The notes under the pieces: generated by a model
What the model was told of the DNA's origin: nothing
Seen by the model: the letters and a program-made list of their open reading frames with translations, nothing else
The model's database searches: none
Program-made: the position numbers and the translations under genes
Shown here: positions 55,475 to 64,000 of the stretch, one piece after another
How the letters are laid out: each line of letters starts with the position of its first letter
How positions within the stretch are numbered: the stretch's first letter is position 1
Assembly: GCA_944386445.1 (NCBI GenBank)
Contig: CALXBD010000093.1
Span: forward strand, 36,235-100,234
DNA length: 64,000 nt
From: an uncultured Clostridia bacterium
Lineage (GTDB): Bacteria > Bacillota > Clostridia > Oscillospirales > Ruminococcaceae
Reading direction: 5' to 3'

Positions 55475-57343
55475 ATGTGCGGATTTGCCGGATTTACCAC
55501 CAACGGGTTCCAAGGCGACCGTCTGCCCATTATCCGGGCTATGTCTGACCGTATCGCCCATCGCGGCCCCGATCAGGCGGATTACTACATTGACGAAGGG
55601 ATTGCCATGGGATTCCGCCGGCTGTCCATTATCGACCTGGAAGGCGGCTCCCAGCCGATTTTGAATGAAGACGGCACGAAAGTGCTCACCTTTAACGGTG
55701 AGATCTACAACTACCAGGATCTGCGAAAGGATCTGGTGGAAAAGGGCCATATTTTCAAAACCAACACCGATTCGGAAGTCCTGCTCCATGGCTATGAAGA
55801 ATACGGGCAGGATATGCTCAAAAAACTGCGCGGTATGTTTGCCTTCGTCATCTGGGATAAGACCGAACAGAAGCTTTTCGGCGCCCGGGATATCTTCGGC
55901 ATCAAGCCGTTTTACTACTATCAGAAAGATGGAAATTTCCTTTACGGCTCTGAAATCAAGTCGTTTTTGGAACATCCGTCTTTTGTCCGTGAGGTCAATA
56001 CCGACCGGATTCCGGACTATATGTGCTACGAGTATATTCCGACTGAAGAAACCCTCTTTAAAAATGTTTACAAGCTGCTGGGCGGATGCTGCTTTACCTA
56101 CCAGAACGGCAAGATGGAAATTCGGAAGTATTATGACATCCGTTACCAGATTGACAATTCAAAAACGCTGGAAGAATGGGAAAACCTGATTACCGATGAG
56201 TTTACCAAATCCGTGGAAGCCCATAAAATCAGCGATGTGGAGGTCGGCTGCTTCCTTTCAAGCGGCGTGGACTCCAGCTATGTGGTCAAGGAAGTCTCCA
56301 AAGCCATGAAGGATGTCAAAACATTCTCTGTCGGCTATGAGGAAGAAAAATACAGTGAACTGTCTTATGCACAGGATTTCTCCAGGGTGGTGGGCGTTCC
56401 CAACATTTCCAACAAGGTTTCCGCTGACGACTATTTTGGCGCGGCTGCCAAAATCCAGTACTATATGGATGAGCCGCTGCCCAATCCCTCTGAGGTGCCG
56501 CTGTATTTCCTGGCGGAGAACGCGAGGAAATATGTAAAGGTCGTTCTTTCAGGGGAAGGCGCTGATGAGTTATTCGGGGGATATCCCTCTTATGTACAAG
56601 AGGGACATTTTGCGGAATACGCTCACATTCCCAAATTCCTGCGGAAAGGCGCTGCTGCCCTGGCTAAACGGATGCCCGACTTTAAAGGCAAGCATTTCAT
56701 CGTCCGGGGAGCAATGGAACCTTATCAGCGGTTTGCCAGGGCCAACTACGTTTTTACCAGAGATGAACGGTGGACCTATCTGAAAGACAGGATTCCCGCA
56801 AAAGACCCGGTGGAATACGCAAAGCCGTATTTTGATAAGGTGAAAAATCTCGACCTCCCAACACAGCTTCAATACGTGGACATCCATACTTGGATGCTTT
56901 ATGATATTCTCCAGAAGGCGGACCGGATGAGCATGGCCAATTCCCTGGAACTGCGGGTTCCGTTCCTGGACATCAAGATGCTGGAACTGGCGACTAAGAT
57001 CCCGGTTCAGTACCGCATCCACGGCAACACCACTAAGGTCGCCCTGCGGGGAGCCGCCATCCGGCAAATCCCGGAACGGACTGCCAACAAGAAAAAGCTG
57101 GGATTCCCGGTGCCGCTGAACGACTGGCTCCGGCAGGACAAGTACTATGAAATGGTGCGGGAGAAATTCGACGGCGAAGTGGCTGCCATGTTCTTCAACC
57201 ACGATGCCATCCGGAAGCTTTTAGATGACCACAAGGCCGGAAAGGCCCTCAATATGAAGAAAATCTGGACGATTTACAGCTTTATCCTCTGGTACGAAGA
57301 ATTTTTTATCAATTTTCAGCCTAAAAAATATCCTACTCCCTAA
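55475..57343 (+). CDS. asnB: Asparagine synthase (glutamine-hydrolysing)
   Basis: N-terminal nucleophile MCGFAGF, Ntn amidotransferase domain, and PP-loop FLSSGVDSS. Confidence 0.93.
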   Translation: MCGFAGFTTNGFQGDRLPIIRAMSDRIAHRGPDQADYYIDEGIAMGFRRLSIIDLEGGSQPILNEDGTKVLTFNGEIYNYQDLRKDLVEKGHIFKTNTDSEVLLHGYEEYGQDMLKKLRGMFAFVIWDKTEQKLFGARDIFGIKPFYYYQKDGNFLYGSEIKSFLEHPSFVREVNTDRIPDYMCYEYIPTEETLFKNVYKLLGGCCFTYQNGKMEIRKYYDIRYQIDNSKTLEEWENLITDEFTKSVEAHKISDVEVGCFLSSGVDSSYVVKEVSKAMKDVKTFSVGYEEEKYSELSYAQDFSRVVGVPNISNKVSADDYFGAAAKIQYYMDEPLPNPSEVPLYFLAENARKYVKVVLSGEGADELFGGYPSYVQEGHFAEYAHIPKFLRKGAAALAKRMPDFKGKHFIVRGAMEPYQRFARANYVFTRDERWTYLKDRIPAKDPVEYAKPYFDKVKNLDLPTQLQYVDIHTWMLYDILQKADRMSMANSLELRVPFLDIKMLELATKIPVQYRIHGNTTKVALRGAAIRQIPERTANKKKLGFPVPLNDWLRQDKYYEMVREKFDGEVAAMFFNHDAIRKLLDDHKAGKALNMKKIWTIYSFILWYEEFFINFQPKKYPTP

Positions 57344-57410
57344 GCTGATATGACGGTACAAGCATTATGCTCAGTGGGAAATACAAATTATATAGTGGAA
57401 AGGAACTGCT

Positions 57411-58331
57411 ATGAGCTTTGACAACAAACGCCGCTCCGGCGGCAAACCTTTGCATAAGCCGTCTGGGCGTCCCGGTGGGAAGCCTGCAGGCCGGAATTTT
57501 GACCGCAAACCCGATCCGGTACGCCAACTCCGGCGTGATCGGGATGACGATTTCGCTTTCCGCCCTGATGACGAAGGCACTGTATTTATCGCAGGACGTA
57601 ATCCTGTGATGGAAGCGCTGAAAACCAATGAAAATCTGGATACGATCTTTATCGAAAAGGGCCAGACCTCCGGCAGCATGGCCAAGGTAATTGCTTTGGC
57701 AAAACAGGCCGGTTGTCCCATTAAAGAGGTAACCACTCAAAAACTGGATGCCATGGCCGGAGGAACCTCCCATCAAGGAGTTGTCCTGTCGGTTTCGGCA
57801 GTCCCTTACGCGGAAGTGGAGGATATCCTCGCTAAGGCGGAGGAAAAAGGGGAAAAACCGTTCCTGATTATCGCCGATGATATCGAGGATCCCCATAATT
57901 TGGGCGCCATTATCCGGACAGCAGAAACTGCAGGTGCTCATGGCGTTATCATTCCCAAGCGGCGGGGAGTAGGTCTGACTGCCGCGGTCTTCAAATCTTC
58001 CGCCGGCGCCGCAGCCCATATCCCGGTAGCAAGAGTTGCAAATCTGGCTTCCACTGTGGATGAACTGAAAAAACAGGGGATTTGGGTCTATGGCTGCGAT
58101 ATGGAAGGCCAGACCTGGTGCCAGGTGAATTTCGACGGCGGCGTGGCCCTGGTAATCGGCTCGGAAGGTAAGGGCATGAGCCGACTGCTGAAAGAAAAAT
58201 GTGATGTTATGGTCAGTCTTCCCATGTGCGGGGAAATCACTTCGCTGAACGCCTCTGTGGCCGGAGGCATCATTATGTATGAAGTAGCCCGTCAGCGTCT
58301 GGGACTCCAGGCGGCAGCACCTCGAGACTAA
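57411..58331 (+). CDS. rlmB: 23S rRNA (guanosine-2'-O)-methyltransferase RlmB (SpoU/TrmH family) with a basic N-terminal extension
   Basis: SpoU motifs DPHNLGAIIRTAETAGAHGVIIP, LVIGSEGKGMS and SLNASVAGGIIMYE. The N-terminal 60 aa or so are Arg/Lys/Pro/Gly-rich. Confidence 0.9.
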   Translation: MSFDNKRRSGGKPLHKPSGRPGGKPAGRNFDRKPDPVRQLRRDRDDDFAFRPDDEGTVFIAGRNPVMEALKTNENLDTIFIEKGQTSGSMAKVIALAKQAGCPIKEVTTQKLDAMAGGTSHQGVVLSVSAVPYAEVEDILAKAEEKGEKPFLIIADDIEDPHNLGAIIRTAETAGAHGVIIPKRRGVGLTAAVFKSSAGAAAHIPVARVANLASTVDELKKQGIWVYGCDMEGQTWCQVNFDGGVALVIGSEGKGMSRLLKEKCDVMVSLPMCGEITSLNASVAGGIIMYEVARQRLGLQAAAPRD

Positions 58332-58366
58332 AATCCATCACGTTGGAAAGGCTGGATGGAACTAGT

Positions 58367-60706
58367 ATGGATCAGGATAAAAACATTGAGGAGATCCTTT
58401 TGGAAGTAGGATTCTCATCCGGCTCGGCACCTAAGCCGGATGAGCCGGATGTGGATCGGCTCCTGAAGGAGATTCTGGCGGAACAAACGGAATATAAACC
58501 GGCCCCCCCTCAGCCGGAAGGCAAAAAACAAAACGCGTCTACCGGTTCCCCGGTTCGAGCAGGCACGGAGAAACACACCACAGAGGAACCGCCTACTAAA
58601 GTCTTTAAAACCGGGACTTTCCGGAAAAAACGGCCTGCACCTGCCCAGCCCGCTCCGGCAAAGGAACCACCCTTTTTCAGAAAGGCGGAAACGATACGCG
58701 AAACCATCTCCGGCAAAACGCCCCGATCGTTTCAAGCGGATGAGAAGAAACCTGCTCAAACGGAAGCCGCTAAACCGTTAGATGGAAAAAAAGAGACATT
58801 TTCCATTGATATTGATGCCATTCGTGCTGGACAGCCGGCTCCTAAAATGATTCCCGCTCAAAAACTGGAGGATTCTTCGGAGGGAGAACGACTTCGTCCG
58901 GTGGATTTGCTGCGCAAAAAGCCGCCCCGGCCTCCGGAGGATCAACCGGAAAAGGAATCGTATGCGCCTTGCTTCCAAAGGCTTGGTCAGCGCGCTGCAT
59001 CTGAGGAGCCGGGCCAGCAGGAGGTAATCCTTCGGAAAGAAGCAAGGATCAGCCTGATTATGGGGCTTTCGGTGGGACTGCTGACGGTCATGATTCTGGT
59101 TATCACCATGTTTACCGGATTGCGCCGCGAAGCCGATGCTGCCTTTGTGCCGGGGAGGGCCACTCTGGCTGTAGTGACTTTGTTGGGAGCCGCAGCAGGT
59201 GGATTATCTTGGGAAATGGTGGGGGGCGGCATCTGGTCGCTGCTCCGATTCCGACCGGATCGGAACACCATGCCTGCAATCGGATACCTGGTATGTCTTT
59301 TGCAGTCAATCGGGCAGTTGATTTTTCCAAAAGGTCTGGAAAATCCTGCAATTCAGATCTACATGGGAGTCGGAACTCTCCTGCTGTGCGGAGGATGGTT
59401 GGCCAGATCCATGGCCTGCAAAACAGCTGCCGTCAATGCAAAATTTGCGTTATCCGACTATGAAAAACAGGTCCCTGTTCCGGTAGATGACAGTCGGGTG
59501 GCCGGTGAGTTTACCCGGGGACTGGTGGAAGGTTATGGAAATGCAGCGGTTAATTGCCCAACAGAATTATTAGACGGATTTCTTTCCATTGCTCTGGGGG
59601 AGGATCACACTGATCGCACCAGCAGAAATTCTTCTGTAGCAGGGTTGGTGCTGGGAGCGGCTGCCGCTGTTTTTACCTTCCTGTTCACCCAGCATAAAAA
59701 TCTGGCTGTGACAATTTTTGCGGCAATCGTGACGGTGTTTACTCCTATGGGGAACTGGTTTGCTGTCGTTCATCCCCTGCGCCGAGGAGCTGCCTTTTTG
59801 AACCGGCTTAGTGCCATCGCTTCCGGAGAGCGCTGCATTAAAGATTACAGTGAGGTCAACGCCGTCGTTGTAGATGCCACTGAGCTTATTCCGCCTGCTT
59901 CTGTTACTCTCAGCGGGATTAAAACCTTCGCGGGGATGCGGATCGATGAGGCGATCCTGGATGCGGCATCGGCTCTGATTGAATCTGGAAGCGTTCTGTC
60001 GGATGTTTTTCTGCGAATTATTGCCCGCAGAACTGAATTACTCCGAAAGGTGGATGCTATTACCTATGAAGATGGTATGGGGATTTCCGCCTGGATCGGC
60101 AACCGCCGCATTTTGATTGGTAACCGGGCTTTGATGTCCAATCACGGGATCCGGGCACCCAGCCAGGACTATGAGCGGCGCTTCCGGGAAGAAGGCAGCG
60201 ACTTGGTCTACCTGGCCACTTCCGGAGAGCTGACCGCGGTATTCGTCATTACCTTGACCCCATCCCCGGAAGCGGATCAGGCAATCCAGCTATTAGTGGA
60301 AAACGATATCTTCCTTTCTGTTCACACTACAGACGCATTTTTAACAGCAGAGCGTTTGGGTCAGCTATATCTGTGTGAGAAGGGATGTTTCAAGATTCTG
60401 CCTGCAAGGCTCCATGATAAGTTTGTCTACTACCGGCAGCCTGTTAAAATCAAACCCGCTGTTGTCGTCAACAACGGCTCCATCCGTTCTATGGCGGCGT
60501 CCCTGGCGGTCCCCAGACGATTAAAAATTATGGCTTCCATCGCAGGCGTTATCCAACTGGTTTCCGTCATTCTGGGAACAGCAATCGTACTGATGCTGGC
60601 ACTGCTGGGAGCTACTGCAATGCTGTCCCCTGCTGTACTGGCCGGGTGGACGTTAGGCTGGATGCTTCTCCTATTGCTGGCACAAAAACTGGTACACATT
60701 CAATAA
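58367..60706 (+). CDS. Membrane protein with degenerate P1B-type ATPase architecture and a Pro/Lys/Glu-rich N-terminal region
   Basis: TM core, then sequence collinear with the P-type ATPase P/N domains but with motifs replaced. TPM (59741-59749) stands for CPC. DATEL (59873-59887) stands for DKTGT. ESGSVL stands for SEHPL. GMGISAWIGNRRILIGNRALMSNHGI is retained. TTD stands for TGD. VVNNGSIRS stands for GDGINDAP. No TGE actuator segment is seen. The start is uncertain (ATG 58367 or TTG 58343). Confidence 0.6.
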   Translation: MDQDKNIEEILLEVGFSSGSAPKPDEPDVDRLLKEILAEQTEYKPAPPQPEGKKQNASTGSPVRAGTEKHTTEEPPTKVFKTGTFRKKRPAPAQPAPAKEPPFFRKAETIRETISGKTPRSFQADEKKPAQTEAAKPLDGKKETFSIDIDAIRAGQPAPKMIPAQKLEDSSEGERLRPVDLLRKKPPRPPEDQPEKESYAPCFQRLGQRAASEEPGQQEVILRKEARISLIMGLSVGLLTVMILVITMFTGLRREADAAFVPGRATLAVVTLLGAAAGGLSWEMVGGGIWSLLRFRPDRNTMPAIGYLVCLLQSIGQLIFPKGLENPAIQIYMGVGTLLLCGGWLARSMACKTAAVNAKFALSDYEKQVPVPVDDSRVAGEFTRGLVEGYGNAAVNCPTELLDGFLSIALGEDHTDRTSRNSSVAGLVLGAAAAVFTFLFTQHKNLAVTIFAAIVTVFTPMGNWFAVVHPLRRGAAFLNRLSAIASGERCIKDYSEVNAVVVDATELIPPASVTLSGIKTFAGMRIDEAILDAASALIESGSVLSDVFLRIIARRTELLRKVDAITYEDGMGISAWIGNRRILIGNRALMSNHGIRAPSQDYERRFREEGSDLVYLATSGELTAVFVITLTPSPEADQAIQLLVENDIFLSVHTTDAFLTAERLGQLYLCEKGCFKILPARLHDKFVYYRQPVKIKPAVVVNNGSIRSMAASLAVPRRLKIMASIAGVIQLVSVILGTAIVLMLALLGATAMLSPAVLAGWTLGWMLLLLLAQKLVHIQ

Positions 60707-60712
60707 ATTCAA

Positions 60713-60746
60713 ACAGATCTCCATCTTTTTGGGGATCTGTTTTTTA
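60713..60746 (+). terminator. Intrinsic terminator after the P-type-ATPase-like gene
   Basis: acagatctcc-atcttttt-ggggatctgt (one G-U pair) followed by TTTTTT. Confidence 0.7.
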
Positions 60747-60753
60747 TATGGTC

Positions 60754-60782
60754 TTGACAGGAGAAGAAAAATTTGATATCAT
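60754..60782 (+). promoter_or_regulatory. Near-consensus sigma-70 promoter of the XRE regulator operon
   Basis: TTGACA (60754-60759), a 17-nt spacer, then TATCAT (60777-60782). Confidence 0.65.
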
Positions 60783-60812
60783 GAAGTTAACTTCACATGA
60801 AGTACACTTCAT
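60781..60812 (+). promoter_or_regulatory. Two tandem 16-bp palindromic operator-like sites overlapping the -10 and transcription start
   Basis: ATGAAGTTAACTTCAC (60781-60796) and ATGAAGTACACTTCAT (60797-60812). They share half-sites GAAGT/ACTTC separated by 2 nt. The first contains the perfect 12-bp palindrome GAAGTTAACTTC. Confidence 0.6.
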
Positions 60813-60831
60813 ATCTCGGGAGGGATCGACC

Positions 60832-61062
60832 ATTAAAACAAAAATTAGGGATTTGCGGAATTCTACCGGGATCACACAGCAGCAGCTCGCCGATTTGGTT
60901 CATGTATCTGCCCGAACGATTATATCCATTGAGAAAGAACAGTACAATCCGTCACTGATGCTGGCGTACCGAATTGCAAGGGTGTTCGGTGTAACGGTGG
61001 AAGAGCTGTGCTGTCTGGAAGAAAACATGCGGTTGGAGGATGAAAAATATGAATCGATTTGA
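60832..61062 (+). CDS. XRE family HTH transcriptional regulator (short, about 76 aa), probable ATT start
   Basis: HTH core IRDLRNSTGITQQQLADLVHVSARTIISIEKEQYNPSLMLAYRIARVFGVTVEEL. GGAGG (60819-60823) sits 8 nt before ATT 60832. The only upstream in-frame ATG (60781) lies inside the -10 element. Confidence 0.68.
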   Translation: MKTKIRDLRNSTGITQQQLADLVHVSARTIISIEKEQYNPSLMLAYRIARVFGVTVEELCCLEENMRLEDEKYESI

Positions 61063-61498
61063 CCGATTGACTTATACCGACAAGATCAAGTGGCGGATTC
61101 GGATATTGTGGGCGCTTCTCATCGGGATGCTGATCTATATGGTAGCAGCCGGGGAACTGGCAGGTGATTCCCGCAAAATGACGGACTTTGCCAATACGGC
61201 CGGTGACCTCATCTTTTTCGGCGGGTTGGCTTACGTAATCTGCAGCATCATCCGCAACAAACGGCTGCTGAAAAACCGACTGCTTTTAAAAGAACAGATG
61301 CAGATCGAACAGGATGAGCGCAATCAATATTTGCATGACAAAAGCGGCGGCGTTGTGATGGATGTTCTCCTGGTTATGCTGCTGTTTGCGGTGATGACGG
61401 CTTCACTGGTAGACATGGCCGCGTTCTATTTTACCGCAGGGCTGCTGGCGGCTGCAGTCCTTTTGAAATGGGCTGCGTACTGGGTATTCAGCCGGTGA
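61049..61498 (+). CDS. Hypothetical membrane protein co-transcribed with the XRE regulator
   Basis: Four predicted hydrophobic helices. ATG 61049 lies 8 nt after GGAGGA and overlaps the end of the regulator gene. Confidence 0.55.
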   Translation: MNRFDRLTYTDKIKWRIRILWALLIGMLIYMVAAGELAGDSRKMTDFANTAGDLIFFGGLAYVICSIIRNKRLLKNRLLLKEQMQIEQDERNQYLHDKSGGVVMDVLLVMLLFAVMTASLVDMAAFYFTAGLLAAAVLLKWAAYWVFSR

Positions 61499-61513
61499 CA
61501 TTATAAACATGAC

Positions 61514-61547
61514 AAAACGGCAGGGAGTCGACTTCCCTGCCGTTTTT
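61514..61547. terminator. Bidirectional terminator
   Basis: 13-bp stem, aaaacggcaggga-gtcgact-tccctgccgtttt, between convergent genes. Confidence 0.72.
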
Positions 61548-61566
61548 AGCGGATATGAAGTGCTGT

Positions 61567-63036
61567 CTACAGGGTGACACCGTCTTTGAAAATGGCAATA
61601 TCCCGCATACCATGGAGTTCACTGGTGGTACGCTGTTCGCCAGATGCTACCCGCAGCAAATACTGATACAGTTCTTCGCCGCAGGCAGCCGGATCGCCGG
61701 TTTCCAGCACCCGTCCGGCATCGAAATCAATCCAGCCATGCTTTTTGGCAGCAAGAGCGGAGTTGCTGGAAATTTTGACGGTGGGCGCCGGACATCCGAA
61801 GGGCGTTCCACGGCCTGTAGTGAACAAAACCGCCTGGGCGCCAGCAATTGCCAACGCTGTTGAAGCTACCAGGTCGTTGCCCGGGGCCTGGACCAGATTC
61901 AGGCCCTTTACTTTAACCGGTTCACCGTAAGAAAGGACGTCCCGCACCGCCGAAGAACCGCTTTTCTGGGTGCAGCCCAGAGATTTATCCTCCAGTGTGG
62001 AGATGCCACCCTCCTTATTGCCGGGGGAGGGATTTTCATACACCACCTGGCCGTACCGCATGAAATATTCCTTGAAGCCGTTAATCAGCCGGACGGTTTT
62101 GTCGAACACTTCCCGGTTGATGCACCGCTCCATCAGCAGCGTTTCCGCGCCGAACATCTCCGGAACCTCGGTGAGCAGGACGGTGCCGCCCTCTGCCACC
62201 AGAATATCCGAAAACGCTCCTACAGTGGGGTTGGCGGTGATCCCGGAAAAACCGTCGGAGCCGCCGCATTTTAATCCGATGACCAGCTCCGAAGCCGGGA
62301 TGTCCTCCCGCTGATCTGCCGCGGCAGTCCGACAAAGCTCCTGCAACAGTTCAAGCCCCGCAGCCATTTCGTCTTCCACATCTTGGCAATTAAGAAATTT
62401 GACCCGTTCCGGATCCACTTCCCCCAACACCTCACGGAAGGCGGAAATGTGGTTGTTCTCACAACCCAGGCCTAAAATCAGAACTCCCCCCGCGTTGGGA
62501 TGCCGGGCAAGTCCCGCCAGGGCAAGCTGGGTATTATGGTGATCCTCCCCCAGTTGGGAGCAACCATATGGATGAGGGAAAGCATAGACGCCGTCCACGC
62601 TCCCGCAAACAAATGCCGCAGCCTCACGAGCCAACGCCGTTGCCACCGGGTTGACACAGCCGACTGTAGGAAGAATCCAGATTTCGTTGCGGATCCCCGC
62701 CTTTCCCGACGCCCGGCGATATCCCCGGAAAGTCCGGGCAGGCTTCGAAACCTCTTTCGGGAGCTTTGGCTCATACTTATATTCCAGCACGCCGGACAAA
62801 TCGGTTTTTAAGTTGTGGGTATGAACCCATTCCCCGGGTAAAATTTCCCTGCGGGCCGTACCGATGGGAGCACCGTATTTGACAACCGCTTCCCCGGCGG
62901 CAATGGAGCGAAGCGCCAGCTTATGCCCTGCCGGAACCGCTTCCTTCAGGCAAACGCCATTTACCGTTTCCCCAGCCTGCAGCGGGCGCAGCGCAACCGC
63001 AACATTGTCCTCAGGGTGAATTTTCAAAATATCCAT
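61567..63036 (-). CDS. uxaA: Altronate dehydratase (UxaA family)
   Basis: SAF N-terminal domain (IHPEDNVAVAL) and UxaA core (GLGCENNHI, GGSDGFSG). ATG 63036 follows CCGGAGGAA. Confidence 0.92.
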   Translation of the reverse strand: MDILKIHPEDNVAVALRPLQAGETVNGVCLKEAVPAGHKLALRSIAAGEAVVKYGAPIGTARREILPGEWVHTHNLKTDLSGVLEYKYEPKLPKEVSKPARTFRGYRRASGKAGIRNEIWILPTVGCVNPVATALAREAAAFVCGSVDGVYAFPHPYGCSQLGEDHHNTQLALAGLARHPNAGGVLILGLGCENNHISAFREVLGEVDPERVKFLNCQDVEDEMAAGLELLQELCRTAAADQREDIPASELVIGLKCGGSDGFSGITANPTVGAFSDILVAEGGTVLLTEVPEMFGAETLLMERCINREVFDKTVRLINGFKEYFMRYGQVVYENPSPGNKEGGISTLEDKSLGCTQKSGSSAVRDVLSYGEPVKVKGLNLVQAPGNDLVASTALAIAGAQAVLFTTGRGTPFGCPAPTVKISSNSALAAKKHGWIDFDAGRVLETGDPAACGEELYQYLLRVASGEQRTTSELHGMRDIAIFKDGVTL

Positions 63037-63055
63037 ATATGTTCCTCCGGGCAAT

Positions 63056-64000
63056 TTACTGCAAAACATCTTGAAAAGCCCGATACATTCCCTTTTCCCG
63101 GATTACACCAAACCAATGGCCGACGGTCTCGACAAAGCCGGGAATTTCCGTCAAGTCCTGCCCCCAGAAGTCACTCCTGGCTGCCAACAGCCGGACAAGC
63201 TCCGGATTTGCCGCGTTTTCAGAGAAGAAATCGATCACTGCCTGATCGTCCTTGATCGGATAGGGCACACCGTTTCGGGTTCCGCAAAATCCGTTTTCCG
63301 TGAGTGTCCCGCAATAAAACGCCACCAAAGCTGCAAAGGAAAAAGTCAAGCATTGGGGCAGCTTTCCTGTGGCGGCAAGACTGTCCAACAGGCTGGGCAG
63401 TACCCGAGCCTTCCATTTGGAAACGGAATTGAGACAGATAGAAAGCAGCGCGTGGTCAATGAAGGGGTTATCAAACCGCTCCATGACTGAGGCCGCGAAC
63501 GCCCGAACCTCTTCTTCCGGCAACTGCACGGTGGGAAGGATCTCTTCATAAACAGCCCGATCCAAAAACTTCCGAATGGTAGGCTCATGCATACAGTCCC
63601 GGACGATGTCCTGCCCTGCCAGAAATGCCCCCGGTACCATAGCGGTATGGGCTCCGTTGAGGATCCGGACCTTTCGCTCCCGATAGGGCTTCTGATTATT
63701 GGTGAAGATCACCGGCAGTCCGGCCTGATCCAGCGGGAACCGGCGTTTGGTTTCCTCCGGATCCGCTGACTCGATGACCCACAGCGCAAAAGGCTCCCCC
63801 ACATCCAGCAGCTCATCCTGGTATCCCAGCTTCTCCCAAATTTTCTCGGCTTCTCCCCGGGGATAGCCCGTAACGATGCGGTCGACCAGGGTCGAGCAGA
63901 AGAGACAGCTTTTCTCTGTCCATGCTAAGAAGTCTTCCCCCAGCTGCCAGCGTTCCGACAGCTTCCGGACGCATTCTTTGAGCTTGCCGCCGTTATTCTC
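63056..64000 (-). CDS. uxaB: Tagaturonate reductase / altronate oxidoreductase, C-terminal part (5' end outside window)
   Basis: The frame stays open to the window end. My translation of 63803-64000 gives ...CSTLVDRIVTGYPRGEAEKIWEKLGYQDELLDVGEPFALWVIE, typical of the mannitol dehydrogenase family. Confidence 0.85.
   Translation of the reverse strand, partial: ENNGGKLKECVRKLSERWQLGEDFLAWTEKSCLFCSTLVDRIVTGYPRGEAEKIWEKLGYQDELLDVGEPFALWVIESADPEETKRRFPLDQAGLPVIFTNNQKPYRERKVRILNGAHTAMVPGAFLAGQDIVRDCMHEPTIRKFLDRAVYEEILPTVQLPEEEVRAFAASVMERFDNPFIDHALLSICLNSVSKWKARVLPSLLDSLAATGKLPQCLTFSFAALVAFYCGTLTENGFCGTRNGVPYPIKDDQAVIDFFSENAANPELVRLLAARSDFWGQDLTEIPGFVETVGHWFGVIREKGMYRAFQDVLQ

Noticed and set aside
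60646-60831. N-terminal 62 codons of the longest XRE ORF (starting within the upstream gene), and the ATG at 60781.
   Set aside because: The extension spans the upstream gene's 3' end, its terminator and the TTGACA-N17-TATCAT promoter. ATG 60781 is inside the -10 box and has no properly spaced SD.

Overview
This 64-kb window is chromosomal DNA that looks like it comes from a spore-forming Firmicute. I infer class Clostridia, Oscillospiraceae-like, from protein flavour and the sporulation genes only; no search was run.

The window is densely coding on both strands and mostly housekeeping:
- hisS'(partial)-aspS, murC, and the yloU(Asp23)-yloV-recG operon
- spoIIP plus CotF-like genes
- ung-rnhA and nifS-nifU-mnmA
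- a NUDIX gene, and an ECF sigma with a PepSY-repeat anti-sigma
- an AAC(3)-family acetyltransferase, and an AraC regulator with Gfo/Idh/MocA oxidoreductases
- a heterodimeric ABC exporter pair, trxB, and an orphan MsmK-like ATPase
- an EF-G paralogue
- an ATPase-less sugar ABC importer with a membrane-bound AraC regulator and a GH29 fucosidase
- a SleB-like hydrolase, YnbB, two M42 peptidases and murD
- an ATP-grasp/racemase/asnB cell-wall cross-bridge operon
- rlmB and uxaA-uxaB'(partial)

I saw no rRNA, tRNA, CRISPR array, transposase, integrase or obvious prophage.

I do not see a convincing large multi-gene novel system. The most unusual items are:
1. A low-GC BamHI/BglII-like restriction endonuclease plus MT-A70 methyltransferase cassette, wedged without terminators into the D-Asp ligase/racemase/asnB operon.
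2. A 780-aa membrane protein that looks like a catalytically dead P1B-type ATPase, with a roughly 230-aa Pro/Lys-rich N-terminus.
3. A HEPN protein paired with a nucleotidyltransferase-fold partner that has lost its catalytic motifs.
4. Two genes (rnhA and an XRE regulator) that seem to need ATT/ATC initiation. The XRE gene sits behind a near-consensus promoter with tandem 16-bp palindromic operators.
5. A strongly SD-driven zinc-ribbon mini-ORF interrupted by an in-frame TAA.
6. A histidine-kinase-like protein without the phospho-acceptor His.
7. A chorismate mutase-GNAT fusion.

All family calls rest on motif recognition by eye. Start codons were chosen by SD spacing and are approximate where stated.
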